A DNA stretch of 61,760 bases from Parcubacteria group bacterium GW2011_GWC2_42_12 (GTDB lineage Bacteria > Patescibacteriota > Patescibacteriia > Patescibacteriales > GWC2-42-12), in the NCBI GenBank assembly GCA_000997945.1, contig LCCP01000003.1:1-61760 (forward strand), written 5' to 3'. Shown here piece after piece: positions 53,711 to 61,760 of this stretch (its first letter is position 1; the number at the start of each line of letters is the position of its first letter). The position numbers and the translations under genes were made by a program. The notes under the pieces were generated by a model. That model saw nothing but the letters and a program-made list of their open reading frames with translations, was not told the DNA's origin and searched no databases.

Positions 53711-54922
53711 CTATGTAATAATCCTATTCATACCACCCGCTAATAGATCTTGATTTATATCCTCAATTAATTTTTTATATTTTTCTGAAGTACCTATATT
53801 CCAATTTATATCTTTTAATATACCTAAAATAACAGGATATTTTTTATATAATTTAAAAAAATAATTAACCTCATCAACCGCAGCTTCCTTTGAAGTTGTT
53901 TGATCCTTTAGATTGCTCCCCTTAAGACCATTAAAAAATGAATATTTTGCAATTAGTGCCTGGACTGAAGTTATGGCCAGACTTGTTTCATGCGGCGTTC
54001 TCTCGCTCGGCCGGACTAGTGCATCTTCACGCGCTTCTTTTATATATGAGGCTAATTCTTGCAAAACCATGTAAAAATCATCTCCTTCTTCGCTATCTGG
54101 TGAAATATTGAGATGGCCACCCGAGGCTTCAGCGCCATCTAAAAAACCTTCTACATTTTTCAAATTTTTTTCATCAATTTGATTTAACTCGGTTTTTCCA
54201 AGTTTTTTAAAAGCCTTATCTCTCATTGGGCTACTCTCGCCATACATAACCGGGCTCTTTCTCTTTTTAAATAGTAAAACATTAATTCTTTTGGGCCGAG
54301 GTTGTTCATACTCTTCTAAAATAAGCTGCTCTAACCTAGGGATCGTGCCGCGAAAACCAAAATCAACGAAATAAAGATTTTTACCGGCAAGCTCTTTGAG
54401 CTTATAAAAATCAACTACTCTATCCTGTTCTTTCTCCGTCTGTCCTGTCTGGGTTTCATCGATATAATGAGATATCACAGCCGCCCTGCTCGTGGGGGCA
54501 AATAAACATTTAGTCCCATTGCCTTCATATCGGCGTTTATAGGCAATAAGAAAACCAAGACTGTCCCTGCCTTCAAAAATAATGACTGCATTTTCTTTTG
54601 CTCCTATTTTTTCGTGAATCCAGTCAGCAAACGCGGTATAAAGCGGAACCATCTTTTCTCCTAAACGAAAATATACTTCAGAAATACCCTTAATTTCTTT
54701 TCTTAATTCAGGACTTAAAACAAAACTACCAGGCAAAGCTTTCCTTATAAGCTCTGGCAAATTGTTAGCCATTTTTTCATAAACTTCTTTATTGTCAGAT
54801 TCCCCAAGTTCAGATATAGCATCGTGTATCTCTAATTTTTTGCCCGCTTCAAAACCTTTAGTGAGTTTTTCTCTCGCTGAAGCCAATATCCCTTCTCTTT
54901 GGAAATCTAAATTATTTTTCAT
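53711..54922 (-). CDS. Hypothetical protein (403 aa) inside the heat-shock operon
   Basis: A long intact AT-rich ORF with no motif I can assign. It has two beta-strand-Asp segments (VIIFEGRDSLGF, LYFVDFGFRGT). Confidence 0.65.
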   Translation of the reverse strand: MKNNLDFQREGILASAREKLTKGFEAGKKLEIHDAISELGESDNKEVYEKMANNLPELIRKALPGSFVLSPELRKEIKGISEVYFRLGEKMVPLYTAFADWIHEKIGAKENAVIIFEGRDSLGFLIAYKRRYEGNGTKCLFAPTSRAAVISHYIDETQTGQTEKEQDRVVDFYKLKELAGKNLYFVDFGFRGTIPRLEQLILEEYEQPRPKRINVLLFKKRKSPVMYGESSPMRDKAFKKLGKTELNQIDEKNLKNVEGFLDGAEASGGHLNISPDSEEGDDFYMVLQELASYIKEAREDALVRPSERTPHETSLAITSVQALIAKYSFFNGLKGSNLKDQTTSKEAAVDEVNYFFKLYKKYPVILGILKDINWNIGTSEKYKKLIEDINQDLLAGGMNRIIT

Positions 54923-55029
54923 AATGCTATGAATTATTTTCCATTTTGATATTTACACTTTACATTTTTTATAATCCACATCCTCGGAGTAAAAACATTC
55001 CTACTGCCCATCCATGGATGCCGGATCAA

Positions 55030-55088
55030 GTCCGCAATGACAACCTTAAATCCCCCGCCCCGAAGGGCGGCCCCTTTGTTAAAGGGGC
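55030..55088. repeat. Solo MITE end (gtccgcaatgaca) plus right half of a family D palindrome (D5)
   Basis: ttaaatcccccgccccgaagggcggcccctttgttaaaggggc matches the right half of D3. Confidence 0.7.
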
Positions 55089-55096
55089 TAAACTTC

Positions 55097-55525
55097 TTAC
55101 TTCTTCCCCGTCTTTATCTTAATCGTCTTCGGCTTACCCTCCGGCGCTTTAGGCACGGTAATTTTCAAAATGCCGTTGACCGCTTCGGCCGAGGCCTTTT
55201 CGCCGATGACATGCGACGGTAAAGGCACGCTCCGATAAAAACTGCCACGTCTGATTTCTTTGCGGTAATAATTTTTATCTTCCACTTCGCTGGTCTTTTC
55301 ATTTTCGCCCTTGATGATCAAGACATCATTTTCAATGGAAATATCAACTTTCTCCGGATCAATTCCCGCCAGTTGCGTTTCCACATAGACCTTATCCTTA
55401 TCCTGATAAACATCCACGGCCGGCACCAGGCCGGTAAAACCGCCGCGCGCTGGCATGTAATCTTCAAACATTTTGTCCATGTCCTCGAACGGCTCAAGGA
55501 ATGGCGTCCATTTTATGATTGGCAT
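55097..55525 (-). CDS. Hsp20/alpha-crystallin family small heat-shock protein
   Basis: Has an alpha-crystallin domain (AVDVYQDKDKVYVETQLAGIDPEKVDISIENDVLIIKGE ... NGILKITVPK). The start is set at ATG 55525, preceded by AAGGA. Confidence 0.9.
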   Translation of the reverse strand: MPIIKWTPFLEPFEDMDKMFEDYMPARGGFTGLVPAVDVYQDKDKVYVETQLAGIDPEKVDISIENDVLIIKGENEKTSEVEDKNYYRKEIRRGSFYRSVPLPSHVIGEKASAEAVNGILKITVPKAPEGKPKTIKIKTGKK

Positions 55526-55600
55526 ATAGTTTTCCTTTCCCACATTAATTCATTTATCAAAATTTAATGTGAAAATAAATTTGTTATTTTTTAACTTTGG

Positions 55601-55712
55601 TTCAATTTTTAATTTCTAATTTTTAATTTTGATTGAATTTTTAATGATAAATTTCTAATTTTAAAATTCAAAATTAATCATTCATTCAAAATTCTAAATT
55701 CAAAACTCAAAA
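55601..55712 (-). repeat. AT-rich element family F, copy F2
   Basis: Its reverse complement aligns with 30320-30412. Confidence 0.7.
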
Positions 55713-56288
55713 TTACTTTACTTTATATACTACCACCTTGGCCGCGGCTATGACTTTGCCGTTCAGCTTATAGCCGGCTTTTACCAGTTTAGCCACCTTG
55801 CCGTCTAAACTTTTATCCTCTATTTCTTCATTGCTGATCGCTTCCATAATGTTATGGTCGTATTCTTTATCTTTCACTTTTATTTCTTCTACGCCGATTT
55901 TTTCTAAAACATCCTTAAATTGTTTAACCACATGCTTCACGCCGGTTATCCATTCATCCGTTGATTCGCCCGAGTGATGTTCTACGGCCATTTTTAAATG
56001 GTCATAAACCGGCAAAATTTCTTTGAGCATCAGTTCGTTGGCGAACAAGGCAAATTCCATTTTTTCCTTGGCTGTTTGCTTCAATAAATTTTGATAATCG
56101 GCTAGGGCGCGCTTATATTTTTCTTCTAAGGTCTTCTCATCTGATTTATTATCTGCCGCGGTGCCAGCACCGCTAGACTTGTCTGACAAGGCCTTGGCTT
56201 CGTCAGGAACATTGACGGCATTATTTTCAGAATTGCCGCTTTGCTCGTTTAGATCTTTCTTTTCTTCTGCCATATTATTTTTTTTCAA
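55713..56288 (-). CDS. grpE: Nucleotide exchange factor GrpE
   Basis: Has KYKRALADYQN, a coiled coil and a beta-domain C-terminus. It lies between hrcA and the hsp20/dnaK genes. Confidence 0.92.
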   Translation of the reverse strand: MKKNNMAEEKKDLNEQSGNSENNAVNVPDEAKALSDKSSGAGTAADNKSDEKTLEEKYKRALADYQNLLKQTAKEKMEFALFANELMLKEILPVYDHLKMAVEHHSGESTDEWITGVKHVVKQFKDVLEKIGVEEIKVKDKEYDHNIMEAISNEEIEDKSLDGKVAKLVKAGYKLNGKVIAAAKVVVYKVK

Positions 56289-56964
56289 TTAAAATATCAT
56301 TTATAAATTTCACTAATGCCAGATTCTTTTCATAATTCATCCGCATTGGCCCTAAAACGCCGATTAAACCAATGTCATCGCCTAAGCGGTATTTACAAAT
56401 CACCGCGCCGCAATGCGCGCTGAACGGATTTTTTGAGCCCAGCATTATCTGCGGCCCGAATTTCAAATCATTAAAAATCTGGCCGATAATTTCATCCAGT
56501 CGATCAATCAATCCGGAAATATCGTAAACCATATCCGGCTGGGAAAACTCCGGCTGATGAAGTAAATTGGAAACACCGGTGTAATAAAGATTATGCTTAT
56601 GAAAGGCCCAAAAAACCGCGTTGCCGGAAAGTTTAGCCATAATTTTAGCCGCTTGCTTAAAATCTGTTTCTTCTTTTTTTATGAGCGCTTCTTTAAAAAT
56701 CTTGATTTCACTATCGCTTAATTTCTTCTCGCTTAAATTTTCCAAATAAAAATTATAGGCCTTCTCGGTCGGGATGCGGCCGGCCGAAGTATGCGGCTGG
56801 GCAATATAACCGGCTTCTTCCAAATCCGCCATTTCATTCCTGACCGTGGCCGAAGAAATGTCCAAATTATATTTCTCAACCAAGCCTTCGGACCCGATGG
56901 GTAAAGCGGTCTTTATGTATTCTTTTATAATAGTTTTTAGAATTAATTCCTGACGTTTATTCAT
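56275..56964 (-). CDS. hrcA: Heat-inducible transcription repressor HrcA (short, 229 aa)
   Basis: Has an N-terminal wHTH (LPIGSEGLVEKYNLDISSATVRNEMADLEEAGYI). It overlaps grpE by 14 nt and CIRCE lies upstream. Confidence 0.85.
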   Translation of the reverse strand: MNKRQELILKTIIKEYIKTALPIGSEGLVEKYNLDISSATVRNEMADLEEAGYIAQPHTSAGRIPTEKAYNFYLENLSEKKLSDSEIKIFKEALIKKEETDFKQAAKIMAKLSGNAVFWAFHKHNLYYTGVSNLLHQPEFSQPDMVYDISGLIDRLDEIIGQIFNDLKFGPQIMLGSKNPFSAHCGAVICKYRLGDDIGLIGVLGPMRMNYEKNLALVKFINDILIEKK

Positions 56965-56983
56965 AAATTTTCACTATATTGCC

Positions 56984-57012
56984 ATTATATAAAACATTAG
57001 CACTCTTGTCAA
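56984..57012 (-). promoter_or_regulatory. Promoter TTGACA-N17-TATAAT of the hrcA operon, with its -35 inside CIRCE
   Basis: The minus strand reads ctcttgacaagagtgctaatgttttatataat. Confidence 0.7.
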
Positions 57013-57023
57013 GAGAGTGCTAA
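56997..57023. promoter_or_regulatory. CIRCE operator (perfect)
   Basis: TTAGCACTC-ttgtcaaga-GAGTGCTAA. Confidence 0.92.
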
Positions 57024-57037
57024 TTTACAGTATAAAA

Positions 57038-57100
57038 AAACACTCTTGCCTGCCCCGCTTACGAGCGTTAGCGAGTTAGGCGGGGTCAAGAGAGTGCTAA
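57038..57100. promoter_or_regulatory. Second CIRCE-like copy split by a 37-nt GC-rich palindrome
   Basis: aaacactc-ttg [cctgccccgc...ggcgggg] tcaaga-GAGTGCTAA. The flanking spacer halves reconstitute the ttgtcaaga spacer of the intact copy. Confidence 0.55.
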
Positions 57101-57133
57101 TTTATATACAAAATATTAAGCATTTTCCCATTT

Positions 57134-59089
57134 TTATTTCCGGCTAAAATACCAATCTAAAACTTCCTGGGCGATGGGCACGGCCACGGCGCTACCTTCC
57201 CCGCCCTGCTCAATTAAAATAGTGATAACAATTTGCGGCTTATCATAAGGCGCGAAACCGGTAAACCAGGCGTGCGGTGGCTTAACGGTTGACCATTGCG
57301 CCGTGCCGGTCTTGCCGGCTACTGACACAACCACATCTTGCAGACTCTGCGCGCTGCCTTGAGTTATAGTCTGGCGCAGGCCTTGCCTGACGATTTCAAT
57401 ATTTTTGGCGCTTACCATATTACTCCTGATGGGTTTATTTTCTACCTCGCCGATTAGTTGATCCTGATGATTTAAAACCTGCTTAATTAAGTGTGGCCGA
57501 TATAGAGAACCGCCGTTGGCGAAGACGGCCGTATAATCCGCGACCTGCAGAGGCGTAACCAGAAGATCGCCCTGGCCGATAGCCAAATGATAAGTATCGC
57601 CGATATACCATCTTTCACCCTTGGTGGTTTCTTTCCATTCCTTGGACGGCAAAAAACCGTTGGCTTCACCCAAGAGATCCACGCCGGTTTGCGCGTCCAG
57701 ACCGAATAATTTTTCATAGCGAACCATGCGATCAAGCCCCAGACCGGTGAAATCCTGATAGCCGCCGCCGATATAATAGAAAAAAGTATTAACCGAATTA
57801 GCGATTGCCGACCGAACATTAGTATAACCATGCCCGCCGGCTTTCCAGTCCGGAAAAAACCATTGGTCTATTTTAATTCCGCCGGCGCTATTGAAACTGG
57901 TATTTTCATTGATAATTCCTTCTTCTAAAGCCGCGGCCGCCACTACCGGCTTAATAACCGAACCGGACGGATATTCGCCGGCAATACAGCGATTAAATAA
58001 TGGCTGATCCGGGTGCTCGGCAATACTGGCATACTCCGCCTGCGTCAGGCCGCGAGCAAAATCATTATTATTATAACTAGGCAAGCTGACCATGGCTAAA
58101 ATTTCTCCATTATTCGGGTCTAAGGCAATGGCGCAGGCCTTATTAAGCCGCAATTTTTGTAAAGCGCTAATAACCGCTTCTGCCAATTTTTTCTGCAATT
58201 CAATGTCAATTGATAAAACTAAATTATGGCCGTCTTGGCCAGCCGCTTGATTAATAATCTTTTTCTCCTTGCCTAAGGCGTCCACTTCAATTTGCTTTTT
58301 CCCATTCAGACCCTTCATTTCATTCTCCCAAAAATTTTCCATGCCGGTTTTGCCGATATAATCAATCGGTAAATATTCTTGGCCGAATTTAGTTAATTCC
58401 GCTTCATTAATCTTCCCGGTATAGCCCAAAATATGAGATAAAGATAAACTAAATAAATTATATTCGCGCCTGGTCTTATTGGTTAAAATTACGCCCGGCA
58501 TAATATCGGCCGCCAAATAAAGCGCCAAAGCTTTCTCATAATCAATATTATCGGCGATAAAGAGCGGCTGATAAGATTCTAAGGAGCCGGATTTAATCTT
58601 AACCAAAGAATCCACAATCTCATCCGGCTTAATATTGCCTAAATATTCGCTTACTCTCTGGATAATTTTTTTTTGTTCAATTTTATCCTTAGGTAAGTCG
58701 GCTGGCACAAAATATAGTAAAAAATTGGCCGAGTTTCTAACCAACGGCCGGCCGAAGCGATCGTAAATTACGCCTCTTTTCGCTTCTATTCTTTCCACTC
58801 TAATGCGGTTGCCCTCGGCCAGTTCGTGATAATAGCCCCCGCGGGCGATAGAGAGCCAGCCGGCGCGGCCGAGAATAAAGCCAAAGAACAGTAATAATGC
58901 CAAATTTATTTTAAAAATTTTATTGACGTCAAAGCTTCGGCCAATAGTTTCTTTTTTGCCGGAAAACGAAGACGACGGCTGTTCCAACTCCCAAGCGCCC
59001 AAATCTCTTTTTAATTTACGCGATTTTATACTGCCTTCCTGAATGACAAAAGGATCGCTTCTCCTAAATTGTTTTTTTATAAAAATCAT
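57134..59089 (-). CDS. mrdA: Penicillin-binding protein 2 (elongation transpeptidase)
   Basis: Has SVIKP (SxxK), SVN and KTGTA motifs, and lies downstream of the mreD-like gene. The start is set at ATG 59089. Confidence 0.85.
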   Translation of the reverse strand: MIFIKKQFRRSDPFVIQEGSIKSRKLKRDLGAWELEQPSSSFSGKKETIGRSFDVNKIFKINLALLLFFGFILGRAGWLSIARGGYYHELAEGNRIRVERIEAKRGVIYDRFGRPLVRNSANFLLYFVPADLPKDKIEQKKIIQRVSEYLGNIKPDEIVDSLVKIKSGSLESYQPLFIADNIDYEKALALYLAADIMPGVILTNKTRREYNLFSLSLSHILGYTGKINEAELTKFGQEYLPIDYIGKTGMENFWENEMKGLNGKKQIEVDALGKEKKIINQAAGQDGHNLVLSIDIELQKKLAEAVISALQKLRLNKACAIALDPNNGEILAMVSLPSYNNNDFARGLTQAEYASIAEHPDQPLFNRCIAGEYPSGSVIKPVVAAAALEEGIINENTSFNSAGGIKIDQWFFPDWKAGGHGYTNVRSAIANSVNTFFYYIGGGYQDFTGLGLDRMVRYEKLFGLDAQTGVDLLGEANGFLPSKEWKETTKGERWYIGDTYHLAIGQGDLLVTPLQVADYTAVFANGGSLYRPHLIKQVLNHQDQLIGEVENKPIRSNMVSAKNIEIVRQGLRQTITQGSAQSLQDVVVSVAGKTGTAQWSTVKPPHAWFTGFAPYDKPQIVITILIEQGGEGSAVAVPIAQEVLDWYFSRK

Positions 59090-59142
59090 AAGGATACAAA
59101 TCAACAAATCTTACTACAAATATACAAATAAATATTCGTCAA

Positions 59143-59264
59143 GGCAGTCGGCTGGAATTAGTAATTTTTGAAGTGAGGACTGTTTGACCCCGCATTTGCG
59201 GGGGAGTTCCCTGCCTGCCGGCAGGCAGGCGCAACGAAAAAATTACTAATTCCAGCCGACTGCC
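59143..59264 (+). repeat. Hairpin element family A, copy A5
   Basis: Has 27-bp arms ggcagtcggctggaattagtaattttt / aaaaattactaattccagccgactgcc. The core is GAGGACTGTTTGAC-ccccgcatttgcgggg-GAGTTCC-[cctgcctgccggcaggcagg]-CGCAA. Confidence 0.88.
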
Positions 59265-59296
59265 AGTTAACCGCATAAATTCTATTATAACCTGAC

Positions 59297-59827
59297 TTAT
59301 TTTTTAATTTTCATTAAAAAAACCGGCCTTAAATTTCTGCCAAAAAAATGAACCAGATAATAAATAAAAAAAGTCAGTAATAAATTTAACCCGATTTGCT
59401 CTAAGAGTGAAAGCCAAAAGGCGGGCTCGACCGGAAAAAAATATCTATTTGCTTCAATAAAAATATAAGCCATGAAATTAATTATCAGCTCGGAGGCGGC
59501 GGTAGCCAAAGCGACTAAGGCCAAAAACGAATAAAGCGAACGGTTGGTAAAAAAATAGTCCAGCAAAAAATTAGCGATAATAATCGTGAGGATTAAACTT
59601 ATTAGATAAGCGCCGAACGGCAGAAAGAAAAAAATTTCTAATATAAAACCGACGCCAAACGACCACCAGACGGCCAGATTAAAGCTCGCGAAACCTAAAA
59701 TAAAAATTAAAATTACCAAGACCAAATTCAAGTCGCTATATGGCGCGGACCAACCGCTAATAAAAGATATTTGCGCTATGCCCAACGTAATAATGAGTAA
59801 AATATTAACAATTATTTTGGCTGCCAT
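59297..59827 (-). CDS. MreD-like rod-shape membrane protein
   Basis: A 176-aa polytopic membrane protein immediately upstream of mrdA. Confidence 0.45.
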   Translation of the reverse strand: MAAKIIVNILLIITLGIAQISFISGWSAPYSDLNLVLVILIFILGFASFNLAVWWSFGVGFILEIFFFLPFGAYLISLILTIIIANFLLDYFFTNRSLYSFLALVALATAASELIINFMAYIFIEANRYFFPVEPAFWLSLLEQIGLNLLLTFFIYYLVHFFGRNLRPVFLMKIKK

Positions 59828-59951
59828 ATTTAATATATCTTAACAAAAAACCGACAAAAAAGCCACTTGGCCGAAGTTGGCCAAGCGGCTTAATCTTTGT
59901 TGTCTCTCTTGGTTATAAATATAATAAATCAGCTAGTTAGCGCCGGTCCCA

Positions 59952-61745
59952 TCATTCAACATCTCCCAGGCGCTGCAATTTTAACAGCTCGCTGTATAGC
60001 CCGCCATCAAGATTCGCTAATTCAAAATGGCTGCCTTGTTCGGCCACCTGGCCGTCTTCTAAAACAATAATTTTATCGGCCATTTTAATCGTGCTTAACC
60101 GATGGGCGATAATAATGACCGTCCGGTCTTTCCTGATTTTCTCCAAAGCTTCCTGAATTAATTTTTCGCTCTTAGAATCAAGGTTGGAAGTGGCCTCGTC
60201 AAAAATCAAAATCCGCGGGTTGGCTAAGACGGCGCGAGCGATGCCGAGCCGCTGCCTTTGGCCGCCTGATAATTTAATGCCGCGCTCTCCCACTAAAGTC
60301 TCGTAACCGCTCTTTAATTTATCAATAAATTCCTCGGCATTGGCCATTCTGGCGGCCGCGGCTATCGCTTGCGCGCCCACGGCCGGATTGGCGTAAGAAA
60401 TATTGTCTGTGACGCTAGCGTTAAAAATTTCCACCTCTTGCGGCACGATCGCTAGAAACTTGCGGAAACTGGATAAGTCGTAACTTTTTAAATCTTTATT
60501 ATCCAGTAAAATATGACCGCTCGCCGGATCATAATGGCGGTAAATCAAGCGCGCGACCGTCGTCTTGCCGCCGCCTGATGGACCGACTAGAGCCGTAATA
60601 CAACCGGAATTTATTTTAAAATTCACTTTATTTAGAACTTTGAGGTTACTGCCTTTATAAGCGAAGATCACATCCTTAAATTCAATTTTACCGGCGATGG
60701 CGTTTACTTTTAGGCCTTGGGCCGGATTGGCAATATCCGGTTGCTGATTGGCCAATATATACAACCGGTTAATCGCTTCGCTGGAATCCATAATCCGGTC
60801 ATAAAGCCGGGAAATTCTAAACAGAGAGATCAGGGCTTTTTCCGATATGGTAATAATGAAAACTAAGCTGCCGATAGTAAGGCCGCCGCTCCAAACTAAA
60901 TAAACTCCGAATAGTATGATGGAAACTCGGCCGGCGGTTATGACCGCCGTTCTTCCGTAGTTAAATTTCAACAGTTTAAAAAATTCTAAGAGCGCGATTC
61001 GCCTGGTGTCCTGTTTAATTTTTTTAAACTCTCTAACCTCCCGCTCTTCCTGAACAAACGATTTGACGGTATTGATATTGATGATGGTCTCGGCCATTTT
61101 GCCGGCGGCCTTTTCATACATATCATGGCGCGACATCCTTAAGGGAGCAATTTTTTTATTTAACTTGGCGGTTAGGTAGACAAAAATCGGAGCGAACAGA
61201 GTAAAAATCAAGCCAAAGCGCCAGTCAAAAAAATATAATATGATAGCCGTTAAAACCGTCTGAATAATCGTCGGCCCCACTTCCCAGAAAAAATTTTCCA
61301 GCAAGCTGACGATTTTGTCTATGCCTCTTTGGATTTTAAAAATTTTATTGCCGGTGTTCTCTTTCTCGTGATAGCTCAAGCCCAAACTAACCATCTTTCT
61401 CTGGGCGTTAATTGACAAATATTTTTCCGCTTCCACGGTAATGACAAAAATCTTTTTGTCGCTGAAATAATCTATCAGGTTAGCGACCAGATCGGTCAGA
61501 AGTATGAGAATAATTAAAATTATTACCTTGCTAATATCTTCAACCTTAAAAACTGCCAATAAATCAATGATTCTTTTAAATAAATAAGGGCCGACGAATT
61601 GAAAACCTTCGGCAATCAATATTAAAACAAACAAATTTATAATTTGCTGATGCGAAGGCGCGATTAAACGCCATAGCCGTAACCAAAATTGGCGCATATT
61701 AATCGGCTGCTTGTCTAATTTTAGATTCAATTTCTCCTGACTCAT
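59952..61745 (-). CDS. ABC exporter, fused permease/ATPase (MsbA-like)
   Basis: Six TM helices followed by Walker A GPSGGGKTT, signature LSGGQRQR and Walker B ILIFDEATS. Confidence 0.9.
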   Translation of the reverse strand: MSQEKLNLKLDKQPINMRQFWLRLWRLIAPSHQQIINLFVLILIAEGFQFVGPYLFKRIIDLLAVFKVEDISKVIILIILILLTDLVANLIDYFSDKKIFVITVEAEKYLSINAQRKMVSLGLSYHEKENTGNKIFKIQRGIDKIVSLLENFFWEVGPTIIQTVLTAIILYFFDWRFGLIFTLFAPIFVYLTAKLNKKIAPLRMSRHDMYEKAAGKMAETIININTVKSFVQEEREVREFKKIKQDTRRIALLEFFKLLKFNYGRTAVITAGRVSIILFGVYLVWSGGLTIGSLVFIITISEKALISLFRISRLYDRIMDSSEAINRLYILANQQPDIANPAQGLKVNAIAGKIEFKDVIFAYKGSNLKVLNKVNFKINSGCITALVGPSGGGKTTVARLIYRHYDPASGHILLDNKDLKSYDLSSFRKFLAIVPQEVEIFNASVTDNISYANPAVGAQAIAAAARMANAEEFIDKLKSGYETLVGERGIKLSGGQRQRLGIARAVLANPRILIFDEATSNLDSKSEKLIQEALEKIRKDRTVIIIAHRLSTIKMADKIIVLEDGQVAEQGSHFELANLDGGLYSELLKLQRLGDVE

Positions 61746-61760
61746 AAATAAAACAATAAA

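Overview
This window is a low-GC, gene-dense bacterial segment. Gene content and style suggest a Patescibacteria/CPR-like genome, which is an inference. Most of it is housekeeping. It holds the AmmeMemoRadiSam radical SAM enzyme, clpB, def-fmt, the dcw cluster (mraZ-rsmH-ftsL-ftsI-murF), dnaB, ybaB-recR and rplU. It also holds secE-nusG-rplK-rplA, an ECF sigma/anti-sigma plus MacAB-like ABC exporter operon, and a thymidylate cluster (comEB-dcd-thyA-folA-kinase-tmk). The remainder is gatB, pyrB, miaA-miaB, the heat-shock operon hrcA-grpE-hsp20-X-dnaK/dnaJ, mreD-mrdA, an ABC exporter and three tRNAs. No CRISPR array, rRNA, integrase or recognisable defence system is present. Four things stand out. 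First, there is a very dense population of small repeat families. They include hairpin elements with a conserved core and copy-specific arms inside operons, tgtcattgcgag-type MITEs abutting start codons, GC-rich palindromes inserted in frame into essential genes, and AT-rich elements fused to start codons. Second, there is a set of small GC-rich transcription units with canonical Shine-Dalgarno sites in a genome whose native genes mostly lack them. Third, several regulatory architectures are clear: two perfect CIRCE operators, a MraZ-box promoter, and candidate leader-peptide attenuators. Fourth, there are two uncharacterised protein modules: a membrane-anchored Clp-like ATPase with its partner, and a 403-aa orphan inside the heat-shock operon. 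All functional calls come from motif reading by eye. No database search was run.
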